Below are positions 9,136-18,177 of a stretch of 19,300 bases of DNA, piece after piece (the stretch's first letter is position 1; every line of letters begins with the position of its first letter). The notes beneath the pieces are model-generated. The model did no database searches, was not told the origin of the DNA, and saw only the letters and a list, made by a program, of their open reading frames with translations. Origin of the DNA: a bacterium (GTDB lineage: Bacteria; Synergistota; GBS-1); contig JASKLF010000013.1 of the NCBI GenBank assembly GCA_030153785.1, forward strand, positions 1-19,300, given 5' to 3'. Both the position numbers and the translations under genes were made by a program.

Positions 9136-10185
9136 TTGATGGAAATATACGCTTCGCAGGTTAGAAAGGAAACGAACATACCGATTTTTGCAAGGGATGT
9201 GGAGAGAGTTTTGTCTGTTTTGTTTGTAAGCGATGATTTCTGGCAGATAGTTAGATATTCTATGGTTTCGCTCCCAGCAGTAGCTTCCTTGATTAAGCTT
9301 CTTGAAAAGGAAGGTTGGATAAAGTACGAAGGCGAAAAGATAGTTTTGACTGAGAAAGGCAAGAGGGAAGCCGAGCTTGCAGGAGTTCATCCCTATAGGA
9401 GATATATTTGTGATAGATGTAACGGTAAAACTGTAGTTATCGATGCCTTTAAGGAAGTTTATGAGGAATTTTTGAAACTCCAGGGGAATCGTCCTGAGGC
9501 TCTACATCGGTATGATCAAGGATATGTTACTCCCGAAACTACATTAGCCAGGGTTGCGTTTGCTGATATGAGAGGAGATGTCAGGGGCAGAGAGATAATA
9601 GCTCTTGGTGATGATGATCTTGTGGGGCTAGCTTTAGCTCTTACGGGCTTACCCAAGAGGGTAGTGGTTATAGATATAGACAAAAGGATTCTTGATTTCG
9701 AAAGCAAGATAAAGGAAGAAAAAGGTTTGGATATGCTTGAACTCAGAAGGGTTGATCTAAGAGAGCCGTTGCCTGAAGATTTATTAGGGAAGTTCGATGT
9801 CTTCTTTACCGATCCTGAAGAAACGCTTCCTGGGTTTAAAGCCTTCGTTTACAGAGGGATAGCTACTCTTAAGGGGCCTGGTTGTGCTGGATATGTAGGC
9901 ATTACGCATGTAGAGACTTCTTTGAGTAAGTGGAGGGAGATTCAAAAATTTATTGTGGAAGCCGGTCTTGCTATAACGGATATAATAAACGAGTTTAACG
10001 AGTATGTTAACTGGCCTTACTACAGGGATATGAGGGCTTATAGTCTCAATCCCGTGAAGAGTGATCCCAAAGATATATGGTATGTTTCTGCTCTGTACAG
10101 AATAGAGACTCTCGATAACTTCCAGAGATGGAACGAACCTTTGGCTGAAGATATATATGAAGACGATGAAAGTTCAACCACATAA
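9136..10185 (+). CDS. bpsA: Branched-chain polyamine synthase A (N4-bis(aminopropyl)spermidine synthase)
   Basis: YDQGYVTPETTLARV, RGD, LGDDDL, VIDIDKR, FDVFFTDPEET, RGIATLKG, N-terminal CxxC(CDRC), C-terminal YEDDESSTT; strong SD GGAGGAGG. Confidence 0.88.
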   Translation: MMEIYASQVRKETNIPIFARDVERVLSVLFVSDDFWQIVRYSMVSLPAVASLIKLLEKEGWIKYEGEKIVLTEKGKREAELAGVHPYRRYICDRCNGKTVVIDAFKEVYEEFLKLQGNRPEALHRYDQGYVTPETTLARVAFADMRGDVRGREIIALGDDDLVGLALALTGLPKRVVVIDIDKRILDFESKIKEEKGLDMLELRRVDLREPLPEDLLGKFDVFFTDPEETLPGFKAFVYRGIATLKGPGCAGYVGITHVETSLSKWREIQKFIVEAGLAITDIINEFNEYVNWPYYRDMRAYSLNPVKSDPKDIWYVSALYRIETLDNFQRWNEPLAEDIYEDDESSTT

Positions 10186-10203
10186 AGGGGTGTTTCAATA
10201 GAT

Positions 10204-11925
10204 TTGAATAAGGTAGTAGGCATTGATTTCGGAACTACATACTCCGCTATAGCCTTTATGGCAGGGGAAAGACCCGAGATTATCCCTAACAGGCGTGGAA
10301 GGAGAGTTACACCTTCTATTGTTGCTTTTTCTAAAAACGGTGAAATACTGGTGGGGGAACCCGCTAAGAATCAAGCAATTCTTAATCCAGAAAGAACTAT
10401 TTCTTCTATAAAAAGGTATATGGGAACCAATTACAAGGTTGAGATAGATGGTAAGGAGTTTAGGCCACAAGATATAGCTGCTTTGATAATCAGAAAGCTT
10501 AAGGAAGATGCAGAAGAGTTTTTGGGGGAAAGATTAACTGAGGCTGTTATAACTGTTCCCGCTTATTTTAGCGATTCGCAAAGACAAGCTACGAAAGAAG
10601 CAGGAGAGCTTGCGGGGCTTAAGGTGTTGAGAATCATAAATGAACCTACTGCCGCTGCTTTGGCTTACGGCTTGGGTAGAAATAGGGATAAAGGCGAACT
10701 AAGGGTCCTTGTTTTTGATTTAGGCGGAGGAACTTTTGATGTTTCCATTTTGGAGATAGCTGAAGGAGTTTTCGAAGTTAAAGCTACATCTGGAGACAAC
10801 CGATTGGGTGGAGATGACTTTGATGAAAGGTTAATGGATTACCTAATAGAGCAATTTAAAAGGGAGACGGGCATAGACCTCTCTCAGGATAAAATGGCAT
10901 TGCAGAAGCTTAAAGAAGAGGCTGAGCGGGCAAAGATAGAGCTTTCGGATGTTTATGAGACTGAGATTAACATCCCCTTTATAGCTGCAGATGAAACGGG
11001 TCCGAAACATCTTCTTTTTAGTTTGAAAAGAGATTTATTTGAGGACCTTATTGGGGATATTGTGGAAAGGGTTGAAGAACCTGTCTTGCAGGCTTTGGAG
11101 GATGCTTCCCTTTCGCCTGAGGATATAGATCAAGTTTTGCTTGTGGGGGGGTCTACGAGGGTTCCGCTCGTTCAGAGGAAGGTTAAAGAGCTTCTTGGTA
11201 AGGACCCATTACGGGGTGTTAATCCGGATGAATGTGTTGCTTTAGGAGCGGCAATCCAGGCTGCTATGATTAAAGGAGAGGTAACAGGTATAGTTCTTGT
11301 AGATGTTACACCTCTTTCACTCGGCGTTGAAACTGTGGGAGGGATATTTACTAAAATAATCGAGAGAAACACCCCTATTCCTACTTCTGCATCTCGTATA
11401 TTCACTACAGTTGCTGATAACCAAACTACAGTCGAGATTCATGTTCTTCAGGGAGAAAGACCGATAGCGGAAGAAAACATTTCTTTGGGAAGATTTCAGC
11501 TTACAGGTATAAGGCCTGCACCTAAGGGAGTTCCAAGAATTGAAGTTACCTTTTCTATAGATGTTGATGGGATAGTTCATGTAAAAGCTAAAGATTTGGA
11601 CACCGGTAAAGAGCAGAAGATAGAGATAAAGGGTATAAAAGAAGTTCCCCCTGATGAGGTGGAGAAGATAATAAGGGAAGCAGAGCTTGAAAGGTCTAAG
11701 GATGAAAGTGAATATAGGCTGAGGCAATTGCGTAGTCAGGTTCAATCGGTTATAGATTCTTTAGAAAAGAGGGCTAACTTCCTTGAATATAAAGACTCCA
11801 AGAGAGTTAAAGAAGTGCTCATCAGTTTAAGAGACAAAATTAGCTTTTCAAGTGAGGAGGAGCTTAGAGAAACGCTAAAGCTCCTTGAAGAGCTTGAGGA
11901 GGAACTTGAGCGGAGTGAAGACTGA
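10204..11925 (+). CDS. dnaK: Hsp70/DnaK-family chaperone, 573 aa, probably a paralogue of housekeeping DnaK
   Basis: [63 protein letters not shown]; lacks the about 23-aa NBD insert; short divergent lid and tail. Confidence 0.93.
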   Translation: MNKVVGIDFGTTYSAIAFMAGERPEIIPNRRGRRVTPSIVAFSKNGEILVGEPAKNQAILNPERTISSIKRYMGTNYKVEIDGKEFRPQDIAALIIRKLKEDAEEFLGERLTEAVITVPAYFSDSQRQATKEAGELAGLKVLRIINEPTAAALAYGLGRNRDKGELRVLVFDLGGGTFDVSILEIAEGVFEVKATSGDNRLGGDDFDERLMDYLIEQFKRETGIDLSQDKMALQKLKEEAERAKIELSDVYETEINIPFIAADETGPKHLLFSLKRDLFEDLIGDIVERVEEPVLQALEDASLSPEDIDQVLLVGGSTRVPLVQRKVKELLGKDPLRGVNPDECVALGAAIQAAMIKGEVTGIVLVDVTPLSLGVETVGGIFTKIIERNTPIPTSASRIFTTVADNQTTVEIHVLQGERPIAEENISLGRFQLTGIRPAPKGVPRIEVTFSIDVDGIVHVKAKDLDTGKEQKIEIKGIKEVPPDEVEKIIREAELERSKDESEYRLRQLRSQVQSVIDSLEKRANFLEYKDSKRVKEVLISLRDKISFSSEEELRETLKLLEELEEELERSED

Positions 11926-12685
11926 CGACATCGCTCTTTATTATAGGGTTTTAGAGTTACCCGTAGGCGCTTCAATAAGTGAAGTAAAAAGGGCTTTTAG
12001 GAGGCTTGCTCTTAAGTATCATCCTGATGTTGCTTCAAGAGGAACCCAAAGCAAGTATGAGGAAATAGTAAAAGCTTACTATTATCTTACTAGGAATTCC
12101 AGTTTAGTTAGCTCCCACGAGAAAAACAAAGATAAAAAGAAAAAGCTTTCGGAAGAAGCTAAAGATATTCTACAGAGGTTAGAAAATAGACTGAAAAGGT
12201 CAGATTCAGGGGCTACAATAGATTTGTTATTGGACAGGTTGAACAGCGATAATTTATACTTAAGGAGAGAGGTTGTTAAGCATCTTTCTAACTTCCTTTA
12301 CGATAAAAGGGTATTAGAGGCTCTTATCAAGCTCTTAAATGATGAGGATAGGGAGATAGTTAAAACTGCAATAAATTCTTTAGAAAAGGCAAGATATACT
12401 CCTGCAATGGAAAAGCTTAAGGCTATCCTTGTTAGCGGAGCCTCTTCTGAACTTAAAGAGGCAGCATTGTGGGCGATAGTAAAGATGGGAGGTGAGGAAG
12501 CGCTACAATTGCTTATTTCTTTGCTTAACCACTCTCTTACGGAGGTGAGGTTGGCTGCGGTAAGAGGCTTAATGTTGTTGAACGACAGAAGGGCCGTTTC
12601 TTCTTTGAAGGCTCTTCTGAAAGTGGAGCGAAGTGTGGAAGTTAGGATCTGGATAAAGAGGGTGCTCGAGAGTTGGTCAAAATGA
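11915..12685 (+). CDS. J-domain + HEAT-repeat protein (class C J-domain protein), about 256 aa
   Basis: YYRVLEL...[17 protein letters not shown]-domain with HPD; about five HEAT-like repeats (e.g. [40 protein letters not shown]); GTG 11915 overlaps dnaK end. Confidence 0.85.
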   Translation: MKTDDIALYYRVLELPVGASISEVKRAFRRLALKYHPDVASRGTQSKYEEIVKAYYYLTRNSSLVSSHEKNKDKKKKLSEEAKDILQRLENRLKRSDSGATIDLLLDRLNSDNLYLRREVVKHLSNFLYDKRVLEALIKLLNDEDREIVKTAINSLEKARYTPAMEKLKAILVSGASSELKEAALWAIVKMGGEEALQLLISLLNHSLTEVRLAAVRGLMLLNDRRAVSSLKALLKVERSVEVRIWIKRVLESWSK

Positions 12686-13023
12686 GGGAAAACTGTGTGT
12701 TTTGCAAAATAGTGAGGGGAGAGCTTCCAAGCAACAAACTTTACGAGGATGATAAGGTCTTAGTTATAAAGGACATAAATCCACAAGCTCCTTTTCACGC
12801 CCTTGTTATAAGTAAGGATCATATAAAAAGCTTGGTGGATGTGGAAGACTTTAACCTAATTTCTCATATGTTTAGAGTGATTAAGGAGATAACAATATCA
12901 TATAAGCTTGCTGAGAAAGGCTTTAGGGTGGTTAATAATTGTGGCGACGATGGTGGACAAACCGTTTATCATATCCACTTTCATATCTTGGGCGGACGTG
13001 CCATGGATTGGCCACCGGGTTGA
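12682..13023 (+). CDS. Histidine triad (HIT/HinT) nucleotide-binding protein
   Basis: NCVFCKIV, DINPQAP.H.LVI, GQTVYHIHFHILGGR; ATGA overlap with upstream stop. Confidence 0.94.
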   Translation: MRENCVFCKIVRGELPSNKLYEDDKVLVIKDINPQAPFHALVISKDHIKSLVDVEDFNLISHMFRVIKEITISYKLAEKGFRVVNNCGDDGGQTVYHIHFHILGGRAMDWPPG

Positions 13024-13047
13024 GTTTTGTGAAGGGAGGGTAAGTTG

Positions 13048-13218
13048 ATGGCTGCAGAAATAATCGTAGGCAAAAATGAGACTATAGATGATGCCTTGCG
13101 TCGCTTTAAGAAGAAGTGCGAACGCTCTGGTCTCATGGCCGAAATGAAGAGGCGCTCTTTTTACGAGAAGCCAAGCGAACGTCGTAAGCGCCGCTCTTCC
13201 CGCCGTAAAAGGAAGTAG
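13048..13218 (+). CDS. rpsU: 30S ribosomal protein S21, 56 aa
   Basis: [49 protein letters not shown]...; SD GGGAGG; not in ORF track. Confidence 0.96.
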   Translation: MAAEIIVGKNETIDDALRRFKKKCERSGLMAEMKRRSFYEKPSERRKRRSSRRKRK

Positions 13219-13229
13219 AGCGAAAACAG

Positions 13230-13263
13230 AGCCCCCACCCGCACGGTGGGGGCTTTAATTTTT
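13230..13263 (+). terminator. Intrinsic terminator after rpsU
   Basis: Stem AGCCCCCACC/GGTGGGGGCT then TTAATTTTT. Confidence 0.8.
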
Positions 13264-13284
13264 AACAAGGGGGTGGTTTTTCGT

Positions 13285-13773
13285 TTGCTCCTTGCGGTTA
13301 GTGCTTGTCTGTTAGGTATTCCTTGCAGGTACGATGGTAGGGCGAAGGTTAATGACGAAGTTCTGAATCTATTTTTAAGCGGGGTTGAGGTTCTTCCATT
13401 CTGTCCTGAGTGCTGGGGTGGGTTAGGAGTTCCTCGAGAACCTGCCGAGATAGTTGGGGGAACGGGAAAGGAAGTATGGGAAGGAAAGGCAAAAGTTTTA
13501 ACTAAAAGCGGAAAAGATCTTACTTCTCAATTCAAACTTGGAGCCAAAAGGGTTTTAGAAGTTTGTGAAAAACTTTCTGTGTCTTTATTCGTATTAAAGG
13601 AAAAGAGTCCATCTTGTGGGATTAGCTTAATATACGATGGTAGCTTTACCGGTAGGGTTAAACATGGGATGGGAGTTTTAGCATACATTTTGAAAGAAAA
13701 AGGATATAAACTAAAGAACGAGTTAGAAATTAACAATATATGTTTCAAAAAAGGCGATATTAACGGTTATTGA
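13285..13773 (+). CDS. DUF523 protein, thiouracil desulfidase (TudS/YbbK)-like Fe-S protein
   Basis: VSACLLG..CRYDG, FCPE..GGLGVPREP, LKEKSPSCG, GMGV; TTG 13285 after AAGGGGGTG (the track start lies in the terminator). Confidence 0.85.
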   Translation: MLLAVSACLLGIPCRYDGRAKVNDEVLNLFLSGVEVLPFCPECWGGLGVPREPAEIVGGTGKEVWEGKAKVLTKSGKDLTSQFKLGAKRVLEVCEKLSVSLFVLKEKSPSCGISLIYDGSFTGRVKHGMGVLAYILKEKGYKLKNELEINNICFKKGDINGY

Positions 13774-13795
13774 CCGAAAACCGTGAATATAGGAA

Positions 13796-13853
13796 TTTGA
13801 CCTTAAATATCTTTGGTCAATAAAATTAAATCGGAAAGTCAGGAAAGGTCAGA
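13796..13853 (+). promoter_or_regulatory. hsp20 promoter with CtsR-like operator heptads
   Basis: TTGACC-N18-TAAAAT (13797-13826); tandem AGTCAGG-AAA-GGTCAGA (13837-13853); further TTTGACC (13796) and GGTCAAT (13815). Confidence 0.6.
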
Positions 13854-13872
13854 TTAAAGGGAGGTGGTAACC

Positions 13873-14364
13873 ATGAGGAGAAGGTGGTTACCTGTAAGGA
13901 GGGAAGAAGGTATCTTTGGCTCCTTGGAGAGGATTCACGAGGAGCTTGACAGATGGTTTAACGATGTAGTAAGCTCCTTCTTCGGAAGTTGGGATAGACC
14001 TTCCTTAAGGATATGGGACATACCCGCGTGGGGTCCGCGCATTGACCTCTATGACCAAGGTAATGAGCTTGTGTTGAAAGCTGAAGTGCCTGGCATCGAC
14101 CCCAAGGACATAGATGTAAGGCTCCTTGAAGACAGAGTGGTTATACGCGGCGAGATTCGTAAAGATGAAGAAGTGAGGGAGGAGAATTACTACAGAAGTG
14201 AAAGAGCTTATGGTAGCTTCGCAAGAACGATTCCCTTGCCTGTGAGCATTAAACCTTCCGAAGCTAAGGCTTCTTACAAGAATGGCGTTCTCACGTTGGT
14301 TCTTCCTAAGGCTGAACCTGAGAAGGAAGAGGGAGTTAGGGTGGAAATCAAAGAGGAAGAGTAG
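13873..14364 (+). CDS. Small heat shock protein (Hsp20/alpha-crystallin), 163 aa
   Basis: P.IDLYD, AEVPGIDPKDIDV, RSERAYGSFARTIPLP, ASYKNGVLTLVLPK, C-terminal VEI motif; SD GGGAGG favours ATG 13873. Confidence 0.95.
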   Translation: MRRRWLPVRREEGIFGSLERIHEELDRWFNDVVSSFFGSWDRPSLRIWDIPAWGPRIDLYDQGNELVLKAEVPGIDPKDIDVRLLEDRVVIRGEIRKDEEVREENYYRSERAYGSFARTIPLPVSIKPSEAKASYKNGVLTLVLPKAEPEKEEGVRVEIKEEE

Positions 14365-14367
14365 TAG

Positions 14368-14411
14368 AATTATGGGAGGGGTTCCTCTAAAACCCCTCCC
14401 ATAATTTTTTT
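14368..14411 (+). terminator. Intrinsic terminator after hsp20
   Basis: 16-bp perfect stem AATTATGGGAGGGGTT/AACCCCTCCCATAATT running into a T tract. Confidence 0.85.
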
Positions 14412-14431
14412 GTGAAAGGAGGAATGAAAAG

Positions 14432-15814
14432 ATGAAAAGACTATCCTTTAAGATTTTAATTTTATTTTTATTGCTAGGAACTATCTGGGGTAGCAATGTT
14501 TTTGCCCTTTCCGCTCCGCAAACTGCCGGTGCAGATATAGTAGAAATAGTGAAAAAGGCTGGCCCTGCGGTTGTCAATATTGATACGGTAACCATGGTTA
14601 GAAGGTCCTTGATACCTTTCCCGTTTTTCGATGACCCTTTATGGAAGCGTTTCTTTGGAGAGGAGTATGAGAGATTTACACGGATCATTCCTATGAGAGG
14701 AAAAGGATCGGGATTCATAATCTCAGATGACGGTTACATATTAACTAACAACCATGTTATTCAGGGTGCTGATGAAATAGTAGTAACACTCGCAGATAAT
14801 AGAAAATTTAATGCTAAGGTTGTTGGCGCTGATCCTACCGTAGATTTGGCCGTTATAAAAATAGATGCTAAAGGTCTTCCTTCACTTCCCCTTGGAGATT
14901 CCGATAAGGTAGAGGTAGGAGAATGGGTTGTGGCGATTGGCAATCCTTTTGGGTTATCGCATACCGTAACGGTGGGGGTTATAAGCGCTAAGGGAAGAAC
15001 TATTGCTGCTGGAGATCGGAGTTTTGAGAACTTCCTTCAAACTGATGCAGCTATAAACCCCGGAAACAGTGGTGGACCGCTTCTTAATTTGAAAGGAGAG
15101 GTTATCGGCATAAACACGGCTATAATCCCTTATGCTCAAGGCATAGGTTTTGCTATACCTGTAAATACCGCTAAACAGATATTGAACGACCTAATAAAGT
15201 TTGGAAGGGTCAAAAGAGGATGGCTTGGCATATACCTTCAAGCTATGACCCCTTCTCTTGCTAAGGGCTTTGGTCTTAAAGAGGCTAAGGGTGTTATTGT
15301 GGCTCGTGTAATCTCGGGTAGCCCTGCGGAAAAGTACGGATTAAAAAGAGGAGACGTGATATTAAAAGTTGATGACAAAGAAGTTAACTCGCCGGCGGAG
15401 CTTCAAATAGCTATAAGGAGCCATAAGGCTGGAGAAAAAGTAAAGTTAACCGTGTGGAGAAGAGGCAAAACGATAGAAATATCAGTTGTTCTGGGAGAAA
15501 TTCCACAGGAGGAAAAGGTTTCCAAGATTTCTGAGGAAACCATTGGGATTAGGGTTTCCGATATTACTCCTGAGCTTAGGCGTAAATACGATATCACCGA
15601 AAAACATGGTGTAGTTATTACCTATGTTGACCCCAATAGCCCTGCAGATGTTGCCGATCTTAGAGAAGGCGATGTTATTTTGGAAGTTAACGGAAGGGAA
15701 ATAAGAGATGTTCAAGATTGGGAAGAAGCTGTTTCAGGGCTTGGCAAAGGGTCTATAGTCTTTCTCGTATCAAGGTCTGGAAATACCTTCTTTGTTTCCA
15801 TAAGTTTGAAGTAG
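14432..15814 (+). CDS. degP: DegP/DegQ (HtrA, Do) serine endoprotease with signal peptide and two PDZ domains
   Basis: Signal peptide; GSGFII, LTNNHVI (His), DLAVIKI (Asp), TDAAINPGNSGGPL (Ser); two PDZ domains. Confidence 0.95.
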   Translation: MKRLSFKILILFLLLGTIWGSNVFALSAPQTAGADIVEIVKKAGPAVVNIDTVTMVRRSLIPFPFFDDPLWKRFFGEEYERFTRIIPMRGKGSGFIISDDGYILTNNHVIQGADEIVVTLADNRKFNAKVVGADPTVDLAVIKIDAKGLPSLPLGDSDKVEVGEWVVAIGNPFGLSHTVTVGVISAKGRTIAAGDRSFENFLQTDAAINPGNSGGPLLNLKGEVIGINTAIIPYAQGIGFAIPVNTAKQILNDLIKFGRVKRGWLGIYLQAMTPSLAKGFGLKEAKGVIVARVISGSPAEKYGLKRGDVILKVDDKEVNSPAELQIAIRSHKAGEKVKLTVWRRGKTIEISVVLGEIPQEEKVSKISEETIGIRVSDITPELRRKYDITEKHGVVITYVDPNSPADVADLREGDVILEVNGREIRDVQDWEEAVSGLGKGSIVFLVSRSGNTFFVSISLK

Positions 15815-15815
15815 G

Positions 15816-15844
15816 AAAAATGGGGGGGTAACCCCCCTCGTTTT
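15816..15844. terminator. Probable bidirectional terminator between degP and ygiQ
   Basis: AAAAA..GGGGGG-TAA-CCCCCC..TTTT between convergent stop codons. Confidence 0.6.
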
Positions 15845-17606
15845 ATTTAAATAGCTTGCTTAATGAAAACGGAATCTTTCGTTTATTCTTGATCAAAAAT
15901 TCTTGGTTTTTCTTATCTCTCCACTGGACGAGTGCCCTCTGTAGTCTTCTTTCTTCTCGGGTTTTAGCTACATAAATTTTTTCCTTTCTTAAGGTGTGGT
16001 ATTCGGTGTAAAAAGCGCAGGAAGACGGCGTTAAAGGGAGTGGGGTATAATCCTGGATTTGTTCTAAGTAATGTCCCAGTCCCTTTATATAGATGGCTAA
16101 ATCCCATGCATCTTTTAATGTCGCACCGGGGTGTCCCGAAATAAAGTATGGTATCGCATAAAGCTCCTTGTTAAGGGATCTTTTTTCTTTTTCAAAAAGT
16201 TCTATGAATTCCTCATAAACCTTGAAGGAGGGTTTTTTCATTATTTCAAGAACGTGGTCTTTAACATGTTCTGGTGCCACGGATAGATGCCCTCCTATGA
16301 AGTTTCCTCTAATAAGTTCTCTTGAATATTTTTTATCCTTTAGAGCAAGATCGTATCTGATCCCAGATGCTATAAACACATGTTTTACTTTCGAGATCTC
16401 TTTAACCTCACTTAATAGCCCAAGCTGGTTAGAAAAGTCCACTTCCAGGTATTTGCATACCTGTGGAAATAGGCACTCTCTGTTATGACAGCTTCCTGGC
16501 ACTTTATTTAATTTGCACCTGAGTTGGTACATATTCGCTGTGGGGCCGCCTATATCTGAAATTGTTCCCCTGAACAATTTATGAGAGGTTAGCTTAACAG
16601 CCTCTTGGAGGATAGAGCTTTTGCTTCTTGAAATTACTTGCCGTCCCTGATGCATATTTAAGGAACAGAATGTGCAGCTTCCGAAGCATCCTCTATGAGA
16701 AGTTATGGATGTAATAACCGTATCTAATGCAGGTATTCTATCCCTGTAGTAAGGGTGTGGTAACCTCTTGAACGGTAGGGAATAAATGAAGTCCAAATCT
16801 TGGGTTGTGTATACCGGTGGAGGATTTTGTATCACGTATCTTTTTCCATCCTTTTGAACCAAGGTTAACCCTCTTTTTAGGCCTTCCATGAGCTTTTGCT
16901 GGAACTCAAAATAAGCATCTTTATCATTGGCTACATCCTCGAAAGAAGGGAGTAATAGAAAATCTCTGTTCTTAAAAAGATCACTAAACTCCCTTTCGCT
17001 CAAAGAATAAACTATGCCGGGAATTTGATATATCTCATGCCATGGCCTTTGTAGTGAAAGCTTTTTTGCTATTTCTATTACCTGCTTTTCTCCCATCCCA
17101 TAGACCAAAATTTTTGCTCTGGAATCTAAGAGAACCGAATGTCTTACCTTGTTTTCCCAATAATCGTAGTGAGAAAATCTCCTTAGGCTTGCCTCTATTC
17201 CACCTAATACAATGGGAATATCAGGGTAAAGTTCATGAACCATGTTTGCATATACTATGGTAGCCCTGTTTGGGCGCTTACCAGGCTCTCCGTTTGGAGT
17301 ATAAGCATCGTATTCCCTTCTTCTTTTGTTAGGGGTATAGTTAGCCACAAGGGAATCTACGCTTCCAGCTGTGATGCCGAAGAATAAGCGAGGTTTACCT
17401 AAAACTTTAAAAGAGCTTTTGTCTTTCCAATCCGGTTGGGGAAGAATTCCAACTTTAAAGCCTTGGGATTCTAATACTCTCCCTATCACAGCTGCACCGA
17501 AAGATGGATGGTCCACATATGCATCGCCGGTAATTATTATTATATCTAACTCGTTCCAACCCTTTTTCTTTGCTTCTAATATGTTTACAGGTAAAAAACC
17601 GTTCAT
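15843..17606 (-). CDS. ygiQ: YgiQ (UPF0313) family radical SAM protein
   Basis: GDAYVDHPSFG, GGIEASLRR..HYDYW, HRGCFGSCTFC (CxxxCxxC), DIGGPTANMY, SGIRYD, VAPEH, PYFISGHPG. Confidence 0.93.
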   Translation of the reverse strand: MNGFLPVNILEAKKKGWNELDIIIITGDAYVDHPSFGAAVIGRVLESQGFKVGILPQPDWKDKSSFKVLGKPRLFFGITAGSVDSLVANYTPNKRRREYDAYTPNGEPGKRPNRATIVYANMVHELYPDIPIVLGGIEASLRRFSHYDYWENKVRHSVLLDSRAKILVYGMGEKQVIEIAKKLSLQRPWHEIYQIPGIVYSLSEREFSDLFKNRDFLLLPSFEDVANDKDAYFEFQQKLMEGLKRGLTLVQKDGKRYVIQNPPPVYTTQDLDFIYSLPFKRLPHPYYRDRIPALDTVITSITSHRGCFGSCTFCSLNMHQGRQVISRSKSSILQEAVKLTSHKLFRGTISDIGGPTANMYQLRCKLNKVPGSCHNRECLFPQVCKYLEVDFSNQLGLLSEVKEISKVKHVFIASGIRYDLALKDKKYSRELIRGNFIGGHLSVAPEHVKDHVLEIMKKPSFKVYEEFIELFEKEKRSLNKELYAIPYFISGHPGATLKDAWDLAIYIKGLGHYLEQIQDYTPLPLTPSSCAFYTEYHTLRKEKIYVAKTREERRLQRALVQWRDKKNQEFLIKNKRKIPFSLSKLFK

Positions 17607-17680
17607 TCTGGTTTCACCTTCCTAAAGCTGGGCTATAAGATAATACCATAAGAGATGTGTGGTAAGCAAATCTGAAACAC

Positions 17681-17717
17681 CTTGACTTAATGGTCCTTCT
17701 CTATTATACTTATTACC
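17681..17717 (+). promoter_or_regulatory. Sigma70-type promoter of tRNA-Val (copy 1 of 37-bp direct repeat)
   Basis: TTGACT-N17-TATACT, 12 nt upstream of tRNA-Val. Confidence 0.8.
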
Positions 17718-17722
17718 AGGTT

Positions 17723-17797
17723 GGGCGGATAGCTCAGTGGGAGAGCGCCTGCCTTACAAGCAGGAGGTCGTAGGTTCGAGCCCTGCTCCGCCCACCA
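17723..17797 (+). tRNA. trnV: tRNA-Val (TAC)
   Basis: GGGCGGA/TCCGCCC acceptor, CCTGC-CTTACAA-GCAGG, GGTTCGAGCCC, encoded CCA. Confidence 0.97.
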
Positions 17798-18079
17798 TTT
17801 TATTTAAATTCTTGGTTAGTTCTCCCCATTTCTTTTGAAGTTTTTGACCGCCCCCAAGATTTAAAATTCTCCTCTCCTTTAGAGCTTCCTGTGTATAAGT
17901 TTTTTCTTTTTTAAGCGTCTGAAGTTAAAGACCATCAAAATTGCTTGACTTCAGGTATATGCTTTATTTAGGGAGAGCATAAAGTGCGCTTGTATAAAAT
18001 GAACGCCTTGCTTAAGTTAAGAGGATGATCGTTTTGCTTTTTAGGATCAGGTATTTCTACAACAATTCGCCCTTGACCA
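17798..18079 (-). pseudogene. Possible heavily deleted relic of a second ygiQ-like gene
   Basis: Short minus-strand peptides GQGRIV, NDHPL, IKHIPEVKQF, QTLKKEKTY..ERRI and NQEFK* lie in the same order as similar YgiQ segments. Confidence 0.35.
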
Positions 18080-18116
18080 CTTGACTTAATGAGCCTTCTC
18101 TATTATACTTATTACC
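18080..18116 (+). repeat. Second copy of the tRNA promoter (35/37 identical to 17681-17717), upstream of the Asp-Phe-Gly-Cys-Asn tRNAs
   Basis: CTTGACTTAATGAGCCTTCTCTATTATACTTATTACC vs CTTGACTTAATGGTCCTTCTCTATTATACTTATTACC. Confidence 0.9.
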
Positions 18117-18177
18117 GGACCGGGCAGATTGTCAAAGATGCATTAAAGGCTTTCATCTGCTTGGGTTTTAGGTGTGC

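Noticed and set aside
9022..10203. Search for a CIRCE element upstream of bpsA or dnaK
   Set aside because: No TTAGCACTC-N9-GAGTGCTAA-like inverted repeat seen in either intergenic region
14005..14718. 237-aa antisense ORF over hsp20/degP
   Set aside because: Crosses a terminator and two well-supported genes; no coding signal
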